Positions 53,901 through 61,835 of a DNA stretch of 64,000 bases are shown piece after piece. How positions within the stretch are numbered: the stretch's first letter is position 1; the number at the start of each line of letters is the position of its first letter. Position numbers and translations under genes: made by a program. This stretch comes from Planctomycetota bacterium (GTDB lineage Bacteria; Planctomycetota; UBA8742; UBA2392), in the NCBI GenBank assembly GCA_019186845.1, contig JABARW010000019.1:130427-194426 (forward strand), written 5' to 3'. The notes under the pieces are model-generated. The model searched no databases. It saw nothing but the letters and a program-made list of their open reading frames with translations, and was not told where the DNA came from.

Positions 53901-55945
53901 CAGTTGACCTGCTGCGGGGCCCCCGCGGGAGCCACCGAGGCCGTGAACTGCTGGGTGAGGCCAGCCACGACATCGACGGGCGTGGGAGTCACGTTCACGC
54001 TGGTGGGGGCATCGCCCCAATACAGCCGCCAGGTGGCCGTGACCGCGCCGGTAACGGTGCTTGTGGCGCGCACCGTGCAGAAATTGGGGCTGCTCAAGGC
54101 CAGCGTGGCCGGGGCCGTATACAGCGCTGTTTGCGGGCCCTGCAGAGGACTCGAAACGGGCACGATACTGCCGTTGCCGCCGCCTTCCACGATATCCCAG
54201 GTTACGGTGTGGTCGGCTGCCGCCGCCGGCAGGATGGTGGCCGTAAAATTGCGCGTCTGCGAGACATTCACCGTAACGCGGCCGTTGTCCTCCACCAACG
54301 TGATACCCGCGGGCGTGGCCGCTGCCGGGTTATTGATGACGGAAAAGCTGCCCGAAAAGAACGTGGGCCCCGGCAACGCCGCCGCAGGAAAGCCCTGGGG
54401 GGCGTCCGTGGGCGTAATCTCCCAGATGAGGTCCGCAGCGTTGGTCAAGGGCAGGGCGATGTTGGAGTTCCAGATCAGGATGTTGTCCTCTCCTGACAGG
54501 CCGGAGTTCATCTGGGCCAGGTTGCCGACCACGAAATCCGCGTTACTCAACACCACGCTGTTGGCGCCTCCGTTCCAGGTCGCGGTAATTGCGCAAGAGA
54601 CTTCGTCACTGCTGCTGTCTTTGAGCTGAATGCGAACGGAGATGTTGCCGGAGTTCTGGTAAACCTCGAAGTCACTGACTTCCGGCGCTTCGTTGTCCGC
54701 AAAACTGAACGTGCCGCTGTAAACCGTTGTGCCGTAGACGGTGGGTGAAGACCCAACCTCCACGGGCGTCAGGCGCAGCTCCACGCTCTTGGCGCCTTGC
54801 GCCGCCAGGTCCGCAAGACCATTCCACTCCAGCGAGTAAAGTCGCGGATTGGGCGAGCAGACAAAGGGGCCCGCCGGTTGCGTCGTGGCCTGGCCCGTGA
54901 GCCGCGCGGGCAGCCAGTTGGTGCCGTCAACGGTGTACTCGACCGCGACCTCGGCGCTGTCACTGCCGCCGTCGCTCAACGTGAACTGCAGGGGCACTGT
55001 TCCCACGAAAGAGTCGCCGGCTATGCTGGAAACCAGGTTCAGCTCCGGCGGCCCGTTCTGGACGTTGTTGAGCGTGACGGGGCCCACGAAAACCGGATCG
55101 CCCACCGTGAACTCCGTCCAACCTGAGGGCCGGTCCACGGGAATCAGCGCGAGATAGACGTCCGAACCCACAAAGCCCGGCAGGGCCACGCTCGAATTCC
55201 AGATGAACTGGCCTGCGGCGCCCAGGGGCGTTGTGAGCAAAGCCGTGGGCGGAGTGCCTACGTAATCGCCCGATGAGAGTTCCGTAAAGGTCTGACCCTG
55301 ATCCAGCGTGAAGGCGACGACCATGCCCGCTACGTCCGCGCTTGAGTCACGAATGTTGAACGTGACCAGCACCAGGCTGCCCGTGACCAGCACATCCGGC
55401 GACTGCGGCGAAGTCGTCTGGTTCACGACGGGGGCGTCGTTGCCCGCCACCAGCCCGCCCAGAGATGCAATGGGCCCGGGGCCCGCGCCGTCGTTGGCCA
55501 CAATGGCAATGTGCAGGCCCGTCTCCAGCTCCGTCGTCAGCAGGTCAATCTCGTAGTCCCACTTGAACACCTTGGCCGAACCGCTGGGACCGGAATTCAG
55601 GAACGTGACCGGGTCGCCGCCCACGCCTTGGGTGCAGGGAAAGTAATTGATGCCGTCGCGCGACCAGGTCACCTGCACACTGCACAGGTCGGAGTTGGCG
55701 TCAATCAGCGTATAGTTGATGCTCGCAGGCGCATCTTCGCGCGTCAGGGAGTTGATTACCACCACAGGCGGAGAGTTGGTCGAGGGAGCGGTCTTGCCAT
55801 CCTTGTCCTTCTTGTTGCCCGCGAAGGCAAAGATCCCGCCGCCGGAACCACCGGCCAGGGCCAGCAAGCCCGGACCACAGCCCGCAAGCAGCACCGCCAT
55901 CAGCCCAAACGCGAAACTCAGCAAACACGATCTTGTCGTGGGCAT
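50918..55945 (-). CDS. Giant surface lipoprotein: tandem Ig-like (Big/Cadherin-like) domains plus C-terminal Kelch/galactose-oxidase-like beta-propellers
   Basis: Lipobox 'LMAVLLAGCG'. Repeated ~90-aa Thr/Val/Ser-rich beta-sandwich units. The C-terminal third has Kelch-like 'RVFVMGGL', 'QLVMFGGRN', 'RIVLFGGN' and 'MIVFGGYDN'. Length 1675 aa; the stop is 3 nt before the kinase start. Confidence 0.75.
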   Translation of the reverse strand: MPTTRSCLLSFAFGLMAVLLAGCGPGLLALAGGSGGGIFAFAGNKKDKDGKTAPSTNSPPVVVINSLTREDAPASINYTLIDANSDLCSVQVTWSRDGINYFPCTQGVGGDPVTFLNSGPSGSAKVFKWDYEIDLLTTELETGLHIAIVANDGAGPGPIASLGGLVAGNDAPVVNQTTSPQSPDVLVTGSLVLVTFNIRDSSADVAGMVVAFTLDQGQTFTELSSGDYVGTPPTALLTTPLGAAGQFIWNSSVALPGFVGSDVYLALIPVDRPSGWTEFTVGDPVFVGPVTLNNVQNGPPELNLVSSIAGDSFVGTVPLQFTLSDGGSDSAEVAVEYTVDGTNWLPARLTGQATTQPAGPFVCSPNPRLYSLEWNGLADLAAQGAKSVELRLTPVEVGSSPTVYGTTVYSGTFSFADNEAPEVSDFEVYQNSGNISVRIQLKDSSSDEVSCAITATWNGGANSVVLSNADFVVGNLAQMNSGLSGEDNILIWNSNIALPLTNAADLIWEITPTDAPQGFPAAALPGPTFFSGSFSVINNPAAATPAGITLVEDNGRVTVNVSQTRNFTATILPAAAADHTVTWDIVEGGGNGSIVPVSSPLQGPQTALYTAPATLALSSPNFCTVRATSTVTGAVTATWRLYWGDAPTSVNVTPTPVDVVAGLTQQFTASVAPAGAPQQVNWSVVGGSANGTVTQGGLYTAPTSLPVVKQINVRATSVDGTVFGSAVVNLKPSPVSLLVTEAVGSSQGPSQVTLGQTLSLMATVNPPDAPQQVYWTIDWNGVNQGSGNSTVGFVNSSGLYTSPSALPSPSQVFVRARSQVVSSVTDDYQINLVAPPPTSFQVSPSTAIVTAGGAGVDFDAVNFVPANANQSVIWTINPVFGSIDSASGVYTPPSSAGAAQNVTVTATSSVAGTVTATAVVTVNPSTGTLPTSLTISPNTGRTFVQGRVLIFTANVLPSGAAQTVNWAVVSGGGTIDSSGRYTPPTTGQNDATVIIRATSTVVPSVFNTATINLDGMGNVSTFRGDISMARSEPSVAYDSSNNRVFVMGGLSETSHSTGKHDDLCFIYNPVGGTFTSLPRINAALPTNTISMVFDNPRKLLFAFLGNSTSNVGVYYLDTLATTPAWTALSPSGSGGNTPKLSQTYRYLCFHDEPSNEIRICVGDTIFRLDITTPASPAWLSRQTGVTGTPGAPQTEKCAYFYNSASAKHCLVGTYTSGTTATVVWQLNTAVSPWNWDAVTTLGTAPAGGLDDASAAFDAANNRLLVFGGRSPGGLFTNELRILDFNVAPPTWGLPSIALERTPDARGDAALIVAGTQLVMFGGRNLVGYFGDLWQSTTNTLNWLQPSPSGIVPQGRRNAACVWIESLDWGYVYGGICDHGVSDELWRVRFDTFGAGVLWEVVNPSSGAATLPGQLQGASLVFNGATNRIVLFGGNKAATGQSLLQNSVYQFNPTTRTWAQASTTGTPPTPRMGHAACFDESNDRMIVFGGYDNTASPYTGSIHYLNLAGAPTWVTPTVTGSIDGRAGAFCGISDDKSRMYVLGGATQAAQSGTLQLYEWVFTSVSAGTWTALATHAPSAPKGIFPGAGAFDPDGERFLTAPPAQFDNQALVFCNPAITPPAGTTWQSLTIGGAQHGLGACGMFDPASKRFYAIGGEYDLGAGKTRKLNQVRIVRFE

Positions 55946-56127
55946 GGAACTGCACTCCCTGCACAGGGGATGTCCGTCACCAATAAGGGGAGAACCAATG
56001 CTACAAGGTCACAGTGCCATGGCAACCCAAACTATTACACAAAGCAAGGCGTCATGACACAGATGTGAATCTCTATCCCTCATCTCTTCCAGTCAGGAGA
56101 CTGCGCGCGATGCCTGCAAAAACGCTA

Positions 56128-57054
56128 TCACCCCCAGAACCGGTAGAAGTTGTGCCACTGCAAGGGAAACTCACGCAGTTGCTGCTCCAGGATTAACGCG
56201 TATTCCCCGGCCCATTGCCGCAAGTTGGACTCCCGTTCCCGCCTCGACCCGAACACGAAACTCTTTGGTCCCACGGCCATCACCCGATAGCGCTGGTGGC
56301 CCAATCGATTACAGAACACAAACACCACCGGCGCACCGGTGTTCGCCGCCACCACATAAGGACCGCTGGGAAACGCCGCCTCTGAGCCCAGGAATGGAGC
56401 CTTCACCGTGCCGCTGCCCACCACACGATCTCCGTGAATGGCCACAATCTCTCCGCGCTTGAGCGCGGCCACCATTTCGATGCTGGCGGCCAGGGGGTCG
56501 GAGGAGTCAATGATGTTGAAGGGCTGGCCCTGGGCCACTTTTTCGAGGTGCTGCCGTGCGCGCTGGCCCTCGTTGCGAAACCACACCAGATTGATGGGCA
56601 CTTGGGGCGCAGTAACGCCCAGGCTGCCCAGGCCGTGGGCCGCCAGTTCCCAGTTTCCCATGTGCGCCGAGATCAGAACCAGTCCTTTGCCCCCCTTGAG
56701 CGCCTCCGTGATCGACTCCGAGTTCACCCGCTCGAAGTGAAAGCTGCCCAGGGCACCCGTGAAGGCGTAGGCGCGATCCAACAGCACGCGCCCAAAGCTC
56801 AGGAAGTGGCGGTAGTTCAGCCACAGCAGGCGAAAGGAGGAGGCCGTGGGATACAGCCGTCGCAGGTAGTCGCGGCTGGCGGCCCCGTGCTTCCAGGCAA
56901 CACAGATGTAGTAGAAGACCACCGGGTAAAGCAGCGAGTAGGCAAACACCGGGCCGAAAACGCGGAACAGCCAGAACATCAGGCGTATGCCCAGGCCGCT
57001 GCGGGTGCGACCGTCCCAAGGCCGCGGAGTATTCAACGGCGCTTCACCGCTCAT
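56128..57054 (-). CDS. Lipid A biosynthesis-type (LpxL/HtrB family) lysophospholipid/late acyltransferase
   Basis: 'LVLISAHMGNWELAA' (HX4E acyltransferase motif) and an N-terminal membrane anchor. Length 308 aa. Its start overlaps the upstream stop (ATGA). Confidence 0.65.
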   Translation of the reverse strand: MSGEAPLNTPRPWDGRTRSGLGIRLMFWLFRVFGPVFAYSLLYPVVFYYICVAWKHGAASRDYLRRLYPTASSFRLLWLNYRHFLSFGRVLLDRAYAFTGALGSFHFERVNSESITEALKGGKGLVLISAHMGNWELAAHGLGSLGVTAPQVPINLVWFRNEGQRARQHLEKVAQGQPFNIIDSSDPLAASIEMVAALKRGEIVAIHGDRVVGSGTVKAPFLGSEAAFPSGPYVVAANTGAPVVFVFCNRLGHQRYRVMAVGPKSFVFGSRRERESNLRQWAGEYALILEQQLREFPLQWHNFYRFWG

Positions 57055-58469
57055 AGCGCCGGGGCCTCAACGGTCTTGACCCTGGCCTCCTGGGCGTCGA
57101 GTGCGGCATGGATATCGGCGCTTTGCAGACCGTGGGCTGGTGTGAGTTCCGGCGCGGAATCGACGGTGGTGCGACGCGGCGCCGCCGCTTCCTGCGCCTG
57201 CTTGCGCCTCCGCAAAGCGCGGATGCCGTAAAGCGTCGAAAGCCCCATCACGAAAGCCATGACCAGTCCGATGATCGAACTGCCCAGAACCCAGGCGCCA
57301 AGGCTTGCCTTGAGGTGGGGCCAGAGAATGGCCCAGTCCAGCGTACGCGGGAAATAACTGTGGTTGCCCAGCAGGAACTTGCCCAGCAGAACCGAGGCCA
57401 CTGCAATCACTGCGGTCAGGGGTCCGAAGCTTACGTTGGTCGCCGCCACGGTGGCCACGCGGTTGAGGTGCATGCGCGTGCCGGCGTAAAGCGCAAACAG
57501 CCACTGCACGCCAATCAGGGGCGTGCAGCCGATGAACGCGCCAATGCCCACGGCCATGCCCAGCTCGCCCGGCGAGTTCTTCTCGTGTACCAGGTAGGCC
57601 AGCAACTGCTTCATGCGCGCCAGCGGCCCGCCGCGCAGTTGCGCCTTCTCGGGCAGCGCGGCCAGGGCGCGCAGGCGCCGCGCCCCGTTCTTGAGCGTGG
57701 CGCCGATGCTGCCAGCCCAGAGTGGATCCTTGCGCGCCACCAGGCGCCGGTGAGGCAAGGGGACCAGCAGGTGACGGAAGTTGAGGTAGTTGTAGAGAAA
57801 GAAGTAGCGCACGTTGTCCCACACCGGATTGAAGTGGGATACACGCTCGGATTTCGGCGGATAGTGGACTCGCACCGGAACCGTGACGATGGGGCATCCG
57901 CCCCATGCCGCGCGCACCAGCAGCTCGCATTCAAATGTGAAGCGGCGGGAAAAGCAGAACAGGCGGGTAACGTGGCGCAGAGGATAGATGCGAAATCCGG
58001 ATTGTGTGTCGCCGGCGTCCACACCTGTGGCCAGCCTCATCCAGAAATTGCTGAACTGGCGCCCGAACGTCGAGATGGAGGGTACGTGCACGCCCGTCAT
58101 GTCCCGCACGCCAATCACTATGGCGTCTGGGCTGGCGTGGCTGGCCGCGATGAGCTTGGGCGCCTCCTCTGGGTAATGCTGGGCGTCGCTGTCCATCGTC
58201 AGGGCGTGGGTGTAACCGAGCTCGAGGGCCTTCGCAAAACCGCTGCGCAAGGCCACGCCCTTGCCGCGATTGCGCCGGTGGCGCACCAGCACGATGGGAA
58301 GGTCCTTGAGGAGTTCGGCCGTGCCGTCACTGCAGCCGTCATCGACGACGATGACAGTCTGGGCCAGGGCCAGCGCGCGCCGCACGACATCCGTCACCGT
58401 GGTGCGGTTGTTGTAGGTGGGTATGACAATGCAGTACCCGCTCGCGGCAGGAATGGATTTGCCGTTCAA
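57051..58469 (-). CDS. Family 2 glycosyltransferase fused to a C-terminal DUF2062-like membrane domain
   Basis: 'CIVIPTYNNRTTVTDVV...VVDDGCSDGT...TMDSDAQHYPEE' is the GT-A fold with a DxD motif, followed by a multi-TM C-terminus. The start is uncertain; a TTG at ~58469 is proposed, and the ORF is open to 58640. Confidence 0.6.
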   Translation of the reverse strand: MNGKSIPAASGYCIVIPTYNNRTTVTDVVRRALALAQTVIVVDDGCSDGTAELLKDLPIVLVRHRRNRGKGVALRSGFAKALELGYTHALTMDSDAQHYPEEAPKLIAASHASPDAIVIGVRDMTGVHVPSISTFGRQFSNFWMRLATGVDAGDTQSGFRIYPLRHVTRLFCFSRRFTFECELLVRAAWGGCPIVTVPVRVHYPPKSERVSHFNPVWDNVRYFFLYNYLNFRHLLVPLPHRRLVARKDPLWAGSIGATLKNGARRLRALAALPEKAQLRGGPLARMKQLLAYLVHEKNSPGELGMAVGIGAFIGCTPLIGVQWLFALYAGTRMHLNRVATVAATNVSFGPLTAVIAVASVLLGKFLLGNHSYFPRTLDWAILWPHLKASLGAWVLGSSIIGLVMAFVMGLSTLYGIRALRRRKQAQEAAAPRRTTVDSAPELTPAHGLQSADIHAALDAQEARVKTVEAPAL

Positions 58470-58710
58470 GCTGCGCCTTTCAGTAGCCCCACTGCCGAAT
58501 CTGTAAGTTTCCGGTGACAAGGTGCCTGTGTCAAGGCTTTGACCGGCGGCCCTTGTTGGACCAGGCTGCTCTCTTTTCGCCCCCCTGGTTATCGCCCGGC
58601 AGTGTTGGGTTCCAAGCCGTCGCCATCTGCCGACAACCACGCCTGCCGCGCCCCTTGCACCCTGAGGCGTTGGCCCTGCGCAAGGTGCGGGCGCTTGCTA
58701 CCATCGAGCC

Positions 58711-59289
58711 ATGAGCCTGATTCAACGAAATGTGGTGCTGGCCTCGGGCTCGCCCTATCGCAAGCAGTTGCTTGAAGATGCCGGCGTCGCCTTTCGGGTG
58801 GTGGTCAGCCATGTCGATGAAGACCTGCATCCGCACGACGAGCCTCACGCCTATGTGCGCTCCCTGGCCTCGCGCAAGGCCATGGCCGTGGTGCCCTCCT
58901 GCCCCGACGCTCTCGTGATTGCCGCCGACACCATCTGCACCTGGCGCGGGCGTATCATCAACAAACCGGCCGATGAAGCCGACGCCCGCCGCATGATCGC
59001 CGAGGCCTGCGATGCCAGACTTCAGCGCGTGATCACCGGTGTGTGCGTGGTGGATTCCCGCGACATGACCACCCTGAGCTTTGCCGAATGCAGCATCGTT
59101 GAAATGAAGCCCGCCAGTGCCGAACAAATCGACGCCTACGTGAGGAGCGGCGAACCTATGGGCAAGTGCGGGGCCCTGGCCATTGAGTCCAGCGGCAGCT
59201 TTGTCGCGCGCTATGAGGGCAGCTATGCCAACATCATGGGTCTGCCGGTGGAGCGCCTGCTGCCGGTGCTTCTGAAACTGGACGCGTAG
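58711..59289 (+). CDS. maf: Maf-like nucleoside triphosphate pyrophosphatase (septum formation protein Maf)
   Basis: 'VVLASGSPYRKQLLEDAGVAFRVVVSHVDED...IAADTI...' Length 192 aa. Confidence 0.8.
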   Translation: MSLIQRNVVLASGSPYRKQLLEDAGVAFRVVVSHVDEDLHPHDEPHAYVRSLASRKAMAVVPSCPDALVIAADTICTWRGRIINKPADEADARRMIAEACDARLQRVITGVCVVDSRDMTTLSFAECSIVEMKPASAEQIDAYVRSGEPMGKCGALAIESSGSFVARYEGSYANIMGLPVERLLPVLLKLDA

Positions 59290-60304
59290 ACGGGCCCGTC
59301 AGCGACACGCCGTGCCAGGTCAGCTCGCGCAAGATGGCATCCTTCAGGTCTACCGCCGGTTCATAGCCCAGTTCGCGCCGGGCCTTCTCGCTCGAGTAAT
59401 GCTGTCCGTACTCCATGTGGTAGTAACTGGTGAGCGACAGCGCGCCCGGCGACGAGCGCAGCAGCCAGGCCCACCACTCCGCGAAAATCGCCCCTATGTA
59501 AGCGCCCAGCCGCGGCAGGATCATGGGGCGGTGAAGGCCTGCCAGGGTGCAGACTTTTTCAGCCAGCTCGCGCAGTGTCGTGTTCCAGCCGCCCAGAATG
59601 TAGCGCTCGCCGGGTCGCCCCCTCTGCAGGGCCAGCACGTGGCCCCGGGCCACGTCGCGCGTGTCCACGAAGTTCATGGTGGCGTCAACCATGAATGGCG
59701 TCAGCCCCTGATAGAACACGCACACGGCCGAGAGCTTGGCGTTGCGGCTGCCCTCGCCCACCAGGCCCGTGGGGTTCACAATCACCGTCGGCGGTCCCTG
59801 GGGGTTGTCACCGGTGGTCACTTCGAGGACGGCCTTCTCCATGGCCGCCTTGACTGCGTAGTAATTGCCCCCCGACGTGCGGCGTGCGTCATAGGGCAGG
59901 CTTTCATCGGCCAGCTTGCCCCGGGGCGCCAGTCCGATGCAGGAAAGGCTGCTGGTGAACACGGCGCGCTCGATGCCGGCCTCCCTGGCCAGCACGAAAT
60001 GCCGCCGCAACTGCGGAATCCACTGCGCCAGCATGCCCTTCTGCCGCAGGTGCAGGCCGCTCCAGGGAAAGGGCGCCGCTGCATGCACAAAGAAGCGGCA
60101 TTCCTTCAGGGCCGCCGAAAGCGCGGCATCCTCATTCATGTCGCCATGGATAATTTCCCCGCCGCGGCTCTCGATTTCGGCGAGGTTGCGATGGCCCTTC
60201 GAGCGCGCCAGACAGCGCAGATTGTACCCGGCGTCGAGCAGCGCCAGGCCCACGCGCGAGCCCACAGTTCCCGCCCCTCCCAGCAAGAGCACGCGATCAG
60301 ACAT
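59234..60304 (-). CDS. NAD-dependent epimerase/dehydratase (SDR family)
   Basis: ATG at 60304 gives 'MSDRVLLLGGAGTVGSRVGLALLDAGY', a Rossmann GxxGxxG. Downstream are 'YYAVKAAMEK' (YxxxK) and a Pro/Ala-rich C-terminal tail. Confidence 0.75.
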   Translation of the reverse strand: MSDRVLLLGGAGTVGSRVGLALLDAGYNLRCLARSKGHRNLAEIESRGGEIIHGDMNEDAALSAALKECRFFVHAAAPFPWSGLHLRQKGMLAQWIPQLRRHFVLAREAGIERAVFTSSLSCIGLAPRGKLADESLPYDARRTSGGNYYAVKAAMEKAVLEVTTGDNPQGPPTVIVNPTGLVGEGSRNAKLSAVCVFYQGLTPFMVDATMNFVDTRDVARGHVLALQRGRPGERYILGGWNTTLRELAEKVCTLAGLHRPMILPRLGAYIGAIFAEWWAWLLRSSPGALSLTSYYHMEYGQHYSSEKARRELGYEPAVDLKDAILRELTWHGVSLTGPSTRPVSEAPAAGAPPADP

Positions 60305-60671
60305 GGGATTGGATGAACTCCAGATGCCTGCGCGGCAAGGCCTTGAGAGCGTACTCGCGACCGCTTGCTTCATCGCACAGCACGCCCGCTGCCAGATCCA
60401 CGCTGACTTCGCTGCCTTCGGGCAGGGCCTCCACCGGGTCAAGGGCACGGCTTACGGCACAGCCGCGCTCGTTGAGCAGGCGCTCGAGGTGGGCATCGCA
60501 GGCATCGGCGAGGATCACGGCCGGCAGCGGCGTGGGGGACAAGGCTTCCAGGGTGGGCCAGGCCCGCAGGGAGCCCTCCACGAGCAGGCAATGGCCGGGC
60601 GAGGCGGGCAGTTCGTGGAAGTTCGAGGCAGATGTCTTGATCAGCTTCATCGCTACCTCACCTTGATCCAT
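60297..60671 (-). CDS. Hypothetical protein co-transcribed between two epimerase genes
   Basis: A 124-aa ORF. Its start overlaps the stop of the upstream epimerase and its stop overlaps the start of the downstream epimerase. Confidence 0.4.
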   Translation of the reverse strand: MDQGEVAMKLIKTSASNFHELPASPGHCLLVEGSLRAWPTLEALSPTPLPAVILADACDAHLERLLNERGCAVSRALDPVEALPEGSEVSVDLAAGVLCDEASGREYALKALPRRHLEFIQSHV

Positions 60672-61651
60672 CCTTCCTTGATGTAGAAGGCGGCGGTTTC
60701 CCTGAGGCCCTCGACGATGCCGATTTTCGACTCAAAACCGAACTCCTCTTTGGCCTTGGCAGCGCTGCACACCCAATAAAGCGGCAGCAGCTCGCGCATC
60801 TTGTCGCTGTTGGGCAGCAGCGGCTTGCGCGTCACCCACTGCACGACATCGAGCACTCGCGCATAGGCCTTGGCCAGCCAGATGGGGCTCTTGAGCGTGC
60901 GGTTCTTCGTGGGCTTGAGGATGTCGCGCAACAGGGCCATGGTCCAGCTCATGGGGTAAGGCTCAGGATCGGCCAGAAAATAGGCCTGTCCAACGGTGTT
61001 CTCGTGCAGCGCGGCTTCAATGATGCCGCGCGCGAGGTCCTTGCCGTGGATCATGGAGAAGACGTGTTCTTCGCTGCCGAGCTGGATGGCGTAGCCCTTG
61101 GCCATGAACTGGAAGAACTCGAGAATGCCGGTATCGCGCGGGCCGTAAACCGCGGGCGGGCGGATGATGGTCAGCGGCAGGTCAGGCTCGTAGAGGCGGG
61201 CGAACTTCTCGCCCAGGAGCTTGCTGCGGCCGTAGAAGGTCTGCGGGTGGGGAATGTCGGTTTCGCTGACGTAGTGCCGTGAATCCTCGCTGGGGCCCAC
61301 GGCGGCCAGCGAACTGACGAGCAGAAAGCGCAGCAGGGGCTGTTTGGCCAGCTTGACGGCCTCGCACAGGTTGCGGGTGCCGTAGGCGTTGATGCGGTTG
61401 AACTCGGCCTGGGTGCGTCCTTTGATCAGGCCGGCCACATGAAAGATGTAGTCGCAGCCGGCCACGGCAGCGGTGAGTTTTTCGGCGCTGTCGGCGATGT
61501 CGCCCTTGTGGATTTCGTAGCCCTGGCGGAGTTCGGGGAAGAGGCGCCGCTCGTCGCGCACAAGCAGGCGGACGTCGTGTCCGCGGGCCTTGAGCATCTC
61601 CGCGACATGTGAGCCGATGAAGCCGGTGGCGCCGGTGACAAGCGATTTCAT
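60653..61651 (-). CDS. NAD-dependent epimerase/dehydratase (SDR family)
   Basis: ATG at 61651 gives 'MKSLVTGATGFIGSHVAEMLKARGHDV', then 'YGRSKLLGEK' (YxxxK). Length 332 aa. Confidence 0.8.
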   Translation of the reverse strand: MKSLVTGATGFIGSHVAEMLKARGHDVRLLVRDERRLFPELRQGYEIHKGDIADSAEKLTAAVAGCDYIFHVAGLIKGRTQAEFNRINAYGTRNLCEAVKLAKQPLLRFLLVSSLAAVGPSEDSRHYVSETDIPHPQTFYGRSKLLGEKFARLYEPDLPLTIIRPPAVYGPRDTGILEFFQFMAKGYAIQLGSEEHVFSMIHGKDLARGIIEAALHENTVGQAYFLADPEPYPMSWTMALLRDILKPTKNRTLKSPIWLAKAYARVLDVVQWVTRKPLLPNSDKMRELLPLYWVCSAAKAKEEFGFESKIGIVEGLRETAAFYIKEGWIKVR

Positions 61652-61835
61652 GGGCGGGAAGATAGCAGAGGCCAAGCGCGGCGCCACAAGACAACTTGCC
61701 GGCGCAGGACTCGCCAATGCGGCGTGAGAGACAGGCCAATCCTCGGTCAGGGATTCGTGAATGGGCCAAAGGGCCGCGTTGCCAAGCGCGGCAAGCCAAG
61801 GCTAAATGACCTCCTGAACCCGATTGAGAACCGTT

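Noticed and set aside
51812-54496. Two long plus-strand ORFs (491 aa and 327 aa) inside the giant lipoprotein gene
   Set aside because: They are antisense to a continuous 1675-aa minus-strand frame with repeated Ig-like and Kelch motifs. Their translations are Gly/Arg/Ala-rich shadow frames.
56150-56165. TGGCAC-containing sigma-54-like sequence on the minus strand
   Set aside because: It lies inside the 3' end of the acyltransferase CDS, and the -12 element is poor (CTAC). It is more likely coincidental.
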